Assembly (NCBI GenBank): GCA_032718475.1
Contig: JAUCBJ010001428.1
Location: forward strand, 1-64,000
DNA length: 64,000 bases
Source: Nemertoderma westbladi
Taxonomy: Eukaryota > Animalia > Xenacoelomorpha
Direction: 5' to 3'
The translations under genes and the position numbers were made by a program. The notes under the pieces are model-generated. The model saw only the letters and a list, made by a program, of their open reading frames with translations. It was not told the origin of the DNA and searched no databases. Positions 59,201-64,000 of this stretch are shown here, piece by piece. Positions within the stretch are counted from its first letter, which is position 1; each line of letters begins with the position of its first letter.

Positions 59201-61454
59201 TTTCTACTTCGCTAGCAGTATAGATGCGTGTAGGCTCCACACCTTGCGCATGAAATACTTCAGGCCTAACAGGTTGACACATTGTTACAGGGGGTGTTGG
59301 TATGCCCCTTTTTACATTTACTAATTTATCGCGTTCTAGCGCGATACTTTGCTGCACTTCTTGTAGCTCTAACCTACTTTCCCTGACAGTTCCCTTGAAC
59401 TGGTGGACCGTCTCCCGCATCTGTCCGAGCAGGACATTCATCCCTTTCCGTCCCTCCTCCACCCACTCGACCGCCGAAGCGGGAGTCGCCAACGTTGTGG
59501 CGGGCGGGCGAGGGACTACGGGCGACCAATCCATACGCTCGGAGTCCATGACAGGAACCATTTCAGGGGCTGTTCTACTAGGCACTGATAGTTTCGTGCT
59601 GTGTAAAGGGAATTTAGAGGTTGCTCCCTGGAATACAGGTGTCTCTAGCACCGAAGTGGTGGCTTCGAGAACAGGCCTAATTATTTCAGGTTCATCTGTT
59701 ATAGTAGGGAGTCTACTTACAGTAACAATCCGGTCTGTGTGTTCTGTACTCGCTACGGCTGTGCTAGCTAGTTGTCTTCTAACAGCTGGAGGTAAATCAG
59801 GCAATTTCTGACGGGGAGACGTTCTTTTACGCCTACTTAGACGAGATCTATTTCCTCCACCTTCAGGGTCGGTGGTATCTCCTTCATCAGAGGAGGTAAA
59901 TCCCTGTCGTTTGGAAGTAGATCGACTCATCATCTGCATTCGACTATCCGTTAACCGTTTATTTATACTATCTTGACTTTCCTGAATATTTTCCAACGCT
60001 AGCTGGGCGATCTCGTCAGACGCTCTCCTTTCTGCTTCTGCCAATGCCTCCGCCGCTTTTCTTTCTGCCTCTGCCACTGCAGTCTTTCTTTCTGCCTCTG
60101 CCGCCTTTCTTGCTGCTTCTGCCTCTGCCTCTGCTGCCTTTCTTTCTGCCTCTGCCACTGCAGTCTTTCTTTCTGCCTCTGCCGCCTTTCTTTCGGCTTC
60201 TGCCTCCTTTCTTTCTGCTTCTGCCTCCGCTGCCCTTTTTGCCGCTTCCACTGCCGCTGCCGCTTTTGCCGCTGCTTCTGCCTTTCGGTCCTCTATCTGT
60301 TTTTTCTTGACTTGTTCTTCCTGGGCTCTAGCGATGCGGAGTTGTTCATCAAATTTAGCTTGGTTTGCAGCTAACATTTCCGTATCAATTGCGTCCAACA
60401 CATGCTTGGTTCCTTCACTATTAGGGGAAAGTCCAGCCAGCCTTCTTCTCAACTCCTCGTCTCCTAGGAATCTCTGATAGTCTGACAGATAGATATCAAT
60501 GTCGTCTCTCGGTCGCGGTCCCTCTGCTGTCACTTCACTTTCCACTTGAGAAAAGGTGGCATCGGTTGATTCTTCGTAGGTTGGTCGCTCAGCCAACCGG
60601 GATTTCCACTGGGCTGTTTCTTGAACTTTGAGTCCTACCCGCTGGAACCAAGTCTTGACAGCAACTTGCAGAGACGTGTCCTGCCTTCTTTTGGAAGTTT
60701 CCTCAAAGGCCGATAGGATCAGTCTAATACGTAGAGTTCTTTCACGTACTTGATAAAGCAGCTCTTCCTGCTCTTGAGGTCGTTTTGGTTGTCGAAACAG
60801 TTGTTCTTCTAGTCTCTCTAAAGAGCCGAAGAATCCCTGCACATATCCTGCTGCCGACCTCTTCCAAACAGCTGGATCCATAGTATCTTTAGTCACTCCC
60901 ATCCGGTATATGTCTTCCCAAGTAGCTTCTGACAAATCTAACGGGAATCCGAGTCCGGGAAAATTCCATTGTGACTCGACAATAGACATCAATTCTTCCC
61001 TTGCGTAGCCCGCATAACTATCCTGGGTCGATCGCTTATTTCTCGCCCAATCGCCTTGGTGTTCCTCCACCGCAATCAAGATCGTAGTTAGTACCGCGGC
61101 TGGAAGAGTAAGAAGGGGATCCGAGTAAGCTGTACCCACCATCTTCACTCCGCGTTCGGGGGTCAGCTCTACAGTATCCGAACCACTGGAGCTATCGGGT
61201 CTCTGGGGAGTAGGTTCTTGACCAAGATGTTGCTGCGATAGAACAGCTGCCTCTTGGTTCCGTTTGACCTGGGCCCGAGTGCCTATGATAGACCTATGGT
61301 GGATTAGCCTAGGGTCTGATACTACGGGAGGGATGACCTTTCTTTTAGTAGGAGGTGAACTAAACTCTTCTCTTAATCGTTCCACACTCCTATCTTTGTC
61401 ACAGATGGTGACATCGAGTAGACTATCCGACAGGTTTTGTTGTGTGTCAGACAT
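53274..61454 (-). CDS. gag-pol: BEL/Pao Gag-Pol polyprotein (2726 aa)
   Basis: KFNGDEMKW...EKLRFLIKCL gag core; triple zinc knuckle (CVLCDGPHRLSAC, CYNCLRPGHQRRNC, CAKCGAKHHVLLH); ALLDSGS protease; RVVFDGS, SDIEGMFLQV and YMDD RT; HVFGDAS, PRVELKAA, WTDA and NPADIASRG RNase H; GVDLFGP, SDKGTNF and WERLI integrase; C-terminal WQTGRI...DGLVRSV domain. Confidence 0.96.
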   Translation of the reverse strand: MSDTQQNLSDSLLDVTICDKDRSVERLREEFSSPPTKRKVIPPVVSDPRLIHHRSIIGTRAQVKRNQEAAVLSQQHLGQEPTPQRPDSSSGSDTVELTPERGVKMVGTAYSDPLLTLPAAVLTTILIAVEEHQGDWARNKRSTQDSYAGYAREELMSIVESQWNFPGLGFPLDLSEATWEDIYRMGVTKDTMDPAVWKRSAAGYVQGFFGSLERLEEQLFRQPKRPQEQEELLYQVRERTLRIRLILSAFEETSKRRQDTSLQVAVKTWFQRVGLKVQETAQWKSRLAERPTYEESTDATFSQVESEVTAEGPRPRDDIDIYLSDYQRFLGDEELRRRLAGLSPNSEGTKHVLDAIDTEMLAANQAKFDEQLRIARAQEEQVKKKQIEDRKAEAAAKAAAAVEAAKRAAEAEAERKEAEAERKAAEAERKTAVAEAERKAAEAEAEAARKAAEAERKTAVAEAERKAAEALAEAERRASDEIAQLALENIQESQDSINKRLTDSRMQMMSRSTSKRQGFTSSDEGDTTDPEGGGNRSRLSRRKRTSPRQKLPDLPPAVRRQLASTAVASTEHTDRIVTVSRLPTITDEPEIIRPVLEATTSVLETPVFQGATSKFPLHSTKLSVPSRTAPEMVPVMDSERMDWSPVVPRPPATTLATPASAVEWVEEGRKGMNVLLGQMRETVHQFKGTVRESRLELQEVQQSIALERDKLVNVKRGIPTPPVTMCQPVRPEVFHAQGVEPTRIYTASEVETPIANPIKGDYKPVCNDIPYRPDNNPRNLYTDNSILNNTMAQESFMRQMARTEARQAVKVGEIVKFNGDEMKWLPFNEYYEDSIQNSVLSSGEKLRFLIKCLEGPPKLMALKFIGHPNGLRQVWDTLNTRYGNKDNIAKYLYAKLVAPRKFLSNEIIEFSDEIQEICRQLDWLGKSHEYQSSMVIGAIVSTLPKGGVCTRWDKKVLYMMEQQRRSPTMADLMLFLDGEVKLQLIKQSREKTSENKVSEKPVTRRRVNPVCYTDDGESQASQEEDSGKDTDHSYYVNKTPRDVSKYKPRTNDRRDKATKTPPQSPNRIQVRKPEERAKVHNITQGKVSNIKPNCVLCDGPHRLSACTEFFKKFLVARREVVWDKRLCYNCLRPGHQRRNCYSDIKCAKCGAKHHVLLHSEFERNHPSQVSEPELHVQFSDVNDTDQGSEWEGFYTDEFSDANESCYLINTTVYRALTYEKDTDTEFPLTTFDRQPSWKAPTSNVGIREFPVVQVRVHGPNKSYIVNALLDSGSTGTFIDKELAEDIFAGQPKFRTKLNMSGIMQVWKSTITADYYVGALSTPQDKLGEQSIRSVKMVAIKNFATTQADLYNWDEDESIQHLKIPRFQTDYPGVQILIGQNAHEALETLEKRPAQPQPLQTYAVRTRVGWYFTGPSRRTLEERLPQDRLLQVKDWEEESSEVDEPTEGTPYSSDNDDIYQLFEEENTIDLLTENKLWNDQRTLCQLIRPSGPIDYNDELNDEIERYNARTRDELAVRFFTQELVEPNSYDKALSIEEERAKQIQETTTRFLKEQGRYEIGLPFRKREPRFINNRPLAEKRIAQLHRRLTANASAKEMYQTQLKKFISKGYAERVPEETPITERTYYLTHHYVPKPGKPHEVRVVFDGSALYMGQSLNSELLPGPNLLQSLLGILLRLRQYSIAFASDIEGMFLQVKALDRDRDSLRFLWWPEGDLKQKPVEYWMTIQAFGIISSPSNACSVVRTTADDNRDAFSKEVIDNIKKDIYMDDNLKSLPSVKEAIDVAKGTVECLKRGGFRLTKFTSNSREFLEAIPVEDRGTKDLDLIKDDLPETKTLGLKWDTERDILFFQLKQRENPVRTKRICLSILSTYFDPLGFISPVILIARSLVQQMWLENHSWDDPLTGELLKKWMKWEDSLPAIENFIIPRSYFGHVLPTYSYQLHVFGDASDMGIGIVAYLRVETPDGIKVALVTSKALINNKLKVPRVELKAALYATAIGRNVTEQIDYPLEKTVYWTDALLVLEYITNEVCQFSVFVTNRVAIILSRTTIDQWRHCPGTINPADIASRGATPQELIDTPDWLSGPDFLSKEEDEWPPHLTTAEIRQAKGAEKVKPKTRASKSKLFKPTIDLSVLHASGNDAADPQSLVTNKSVVEIKDRDWKSGIPDVSQGISPLLQRAIHHYSSWNRLCKAVAYLKRCFHHRYSKTKTTTNDTAPLTSVQVHAIKDLPKYKIPDRFLKEKISYQEHEEANKQILRLLQCYEDSDKYFLLLRNPQMRLRDRFSSTMIDGLIRVGGRLTNAPLSFDTKFPILIRNLEVQIKMIVDVHSKLYHAGRERVLSEIRTRYYFYKPRRALNQVLRNCIPCRKAFSRPLTQREAELPRERVSFYEPPFTNTGVDLFGPIEVYRARTIVKRWCVIFVCMTCRAIHLDMVNDLSTNSFVLSLRRQIARFGTSHTMRSDKGTNFIGANNEIQAYVKDWNQRQVDDQLRITASSWTFNAADAPWWGGSWERLIRSVKTAFHFIVPCRAYLTDELLRTLMEEIAAYLNERPLMPVSSSPDSLEALTPAHFLLKKPVAMLPQSEIADGDEYCRRTWQLMQLLSRRFADHFEKHYLPTLQLRTKWFAQQENVSAGDMVLIVDPDLPRRRWQTGRIIETHISEDGLVRSVELVVMRRNFKKPGIIFETQQLNRPVGRLCLLERDRELSGNYGKQETLPTTTSLIPQTSRGSST

Positions 61455-62794
61455 ATTTAGTTATACAGTTGAATGCCTACTGCTATAGTTACAGTTAAAG
61501 CAAGTCCAGTAATTCAGTAGGACTGCTGGCCTAGTACCGGTAATTAATTACAATATATTAGGATACCGGTATACACTTATAATATATATAAGTATTGTAA
61601 ACTAGTTTTGTCACAGAGTACCGGTATATAAATTTAGCACAAATATATAAATATATAATAGGCCTATCGTGAATACCGGTATACAGTTTACACTGATAGT
61701 ATATATAAGTATAATTATGGACTAGAATTAATTACAGAGTACCGGTATGATTTCCGCTCAAATTTATAGAAATAAATATAATAAGCCTATCGTAAATACC
61801 GGTATGTCAATTATTTTAGAATAATTGAATTTCTGAATATTTTAGGGTTACTTGGTTACTTTAACTTACTTTGTTACCGTTATTTAAGCAGTAGTCCAAC
61901 TGATATTGAGACCTAGTTGTTGTATGACAGACCTACTAGTTTATAAATCTTTTAAGTTGATTTATAATATATATATATATACCCTGATAAGGGGTTTTGT
62001 TACAATACTGAAATAGATGTTACTATTTCTGGGAAATAATCACTACACAGAAGCTGTGCGCTCTCAGTGAAGTGCTACTTATTAGACACTAAAACGAATA
62101 ATTCTACTGGCCTACGTTACTTATCTATTAATTACTTACAATATTGTTGAGATTACAATCTCTAATAAACTCACGAAAAGACTATACGTACGAAATTTTT
62201 AGGGCAATTTAACAGGGAAACTACAAACCAGTCTAACAAAGGGTTAGAACTTCTGGTTATTACAACGGATAGGATACTACAGTATTTGAAAATAATAAGC
62301 AGAAGTAAATATACTGCGTTGTCCAGATAGGAAAATACCACCGCCTGACGACCTACAGCCGTATCGCTATAGGTACTACGTTATGTATCACGGAGTGTTC
62401 CTACCTAGAGGTTAATAGAACAAACGTGCCTATGAACCACTTTACAACACAAATATAATGCCTACACTAATTACTTTCGGAAAGCACTGTACACTAAACC
62501 CTAAGTTAGGTACAAGTACTTGTAAAACAAATAACCTGCAGTTAAATATACTTGAACAGTTAAAAGAACCACAGCATCTGCTGGAGTGACCGGGGCACAA
62601 AGTCACCAGTCTTTACCTACGCCAAGCAGCCCGTGTAGTACCGGGGTTAATTTAACTATAACGGTATGTATAACAAACACAATTACTGTAGGAATAAACT
62701 TGGGGACATGAATGTTGCGAGTAATCGCATAAACTCTGAATAATAAATATTACGCTACCCGTACAGAATACTCAAATAAAATACAAACTAAAAT

Positions 62795-63311
62795 GCTGGC
62801 GGACTACTATCAAGCCTAAACAAACTACAGTATGTGCAGATTCTGAAATTGTTAGTTAGTATGCGTGCTAATACGGTAGTACGACTTATTCTTTAAGAGG
62901 GGGTTGACCTTACAACTACGAGTTGCCCCAACTTACTAACTGGCACTTTATCAGACTTACTCTACACACGCAGCAATTCCTTCAGACCCAACAACAGCCA
63001 GACAACAATCCAGCCTACAAAATATCTGAATAATATTACGGTACCTGAACAGACTATACAAACAATACAGGATAAACGCTGACGGACTACTATCAAGCCT
63101 AAATAAACCACAGTATATGCAGATTCTGAAATTGTTAGTTAGTATGCGTGCTAATACAGTAGTACGACTTATTCTTTAAGAGGGGGTTGACCTTACAACT
63201 ACGAGTTGCCCCAACTTACTAACTGGCACTCTATCAGACCTACTCTACACACGCTGTAATCTTCAAGCCTAACAACAGTCAGACAACAGTCCAGCCTACA
63301 ATGATCTGAAC
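62795..63311. repeat. About 235-bp direct repeat x2 (period about 283) in the BEL/Pao 5' leader
   Basis: CGGACTACTATCAAGCCTAAA...CCAGCCTACAA at about 62800 and 63083. Confidence 0.88.
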
Positions 63312-63480
63312 AATCTGAGCAGACTTACACGTCTTCAGCTCAATATTAACTTACTAGGAAATAAAACCGACAGAAATAAGTAGAATCTCAATAAAAAATC
63401 AGGGCTGCAGTCCCTGATTAAGTACTAAGGCCTACCGGTATACAATAATCAAAATCGAATAATACTAATGTACTTATACA

Positions 63481-63607
63481 GCAGTACTGGTTATGACAGT
63501 TGGGCCTACTGACCTACAGAAGTACCGGTTCTGACAGTTGGACCTACGGACCTACAGCAGTGCCGGTTCTGGCAGTTGGGCCTACTGACCTACGGAAGTA
63601 CCGGTTC
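63481..63607. repeat. 38-bp tandem repeat x3.3 in the BEL/Pao leader
   Basis: G[C/A]AGT[A/G]CCGGTTCTG[A/G]CAGTTGG[G/A]CCTAC[T/G]GACCTAC repeated. Confidence 0.85.
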
Positions 63608-63662
63608 AGGTTTACCGATCGACCGGTGCTTAGCAACCTTATTGCTTACTGCAATAAGATCA

Positions 63663-63673
63663 ATGACTGTTAT
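63663..63673 (-). promoter_or_regulatory. Putative self-priming primer-binding site ATAACAGTCAT
   Basis: Directly abuts the 5' LTR; lacks TGG; exact complement at LTR positions 47028-47018 (minus strand ATGACTGTTAT). Confidence 0.6.
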
Positions 63674-64000
63674 TGTACGCGCTTTTGGAGACCTTTAGCA
63701 GTTTAACCTGCCAAAATTTATATGTCTTTAGTTGGTAAATTAACTTTATAAGATGACAAGATTTAATACAAAATAAACACAACATTAGCCGAAACCAGCC
63801 TAGTGCGCGTTCATTCACCCGCTGGATATTCCCGGGAGACTGGATTCGTATGCTTAGATTTATTGCAGTGAAGCCTACTTGTATTATTCGATTGATCACT
63901 AGTATATAATCTCTGGCAAATATTATTCACTTTCGGGAAATATTAGCAGTTCCTTTCGGACGTGGCGTTCTATCTATGTAAACAAAGTTATGACTTACAC
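63674..64000 (-). repeat. 5' LTR of the BEL/Pao element (U5 part; truncated by the window end)
   Basis: Matches 46266-46592 by eye. Confidence 0.95.

Larger units (their letters stand above)
46266..64000 (-). mobile_element. BEL/Pao LTR retrotransposon with an extra ORF (about 18.6 kb; the 5' LTR runs off the window)
   Basis: LTR copies start at 46266 and 63674 and match by eye over the 327 bp visible; intact gag-pol with BEL-type motifs; second ORF before the 3' LTR. Confidence 0.95.

Overview
AT-rich eukaryotic (probably invertebrate animal) genomic DNA, dominated by repeats. From left to right: (1) a 39-bp satellite array (1-13924) with 52/54-monomer higher-order periodicity, interrupted by a young, intact 4.57-kb Ty3/Gypsy element (258-bp LTRs identical by eye, GAGTG TSD, gag/-1 frameshift/pol); (2) candidate host exons, a 36-bp hairpin minisatellite, MITEs, a local duplication containing an orphan ORF, and a TXNDC11-like gene with an uninterrupted ORF; (3) an unassigned multi-exon gene whose introns hold a decayed RTE-like LINE and a piggyBac-like element carrying a tRNA-derived SINE; (4) a very large BEL/Pao LTR retrotransposon (46266 to beyond 64000, minus strand, about 18.6 kb) inserted into a coding exon of that gene. 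The BEL/Pao element is the most interesting object. It carries a second 1417-aa ORF with a WRN/RNase D-type DEDDy 3'-5' exonuclease domain and zinc knuckles. It has no tRNA-type primer-binding site; instead the 11 nt right after the 5' LTR are exactly complementary to an LTR 11-mer downstream of a TATA-like box, the signature of Tf1-type self-priming. The Gypsy element also has a non-canonical primer site, matching the 5' end of a tRNA. All calls were made by eye; no database searches were run.
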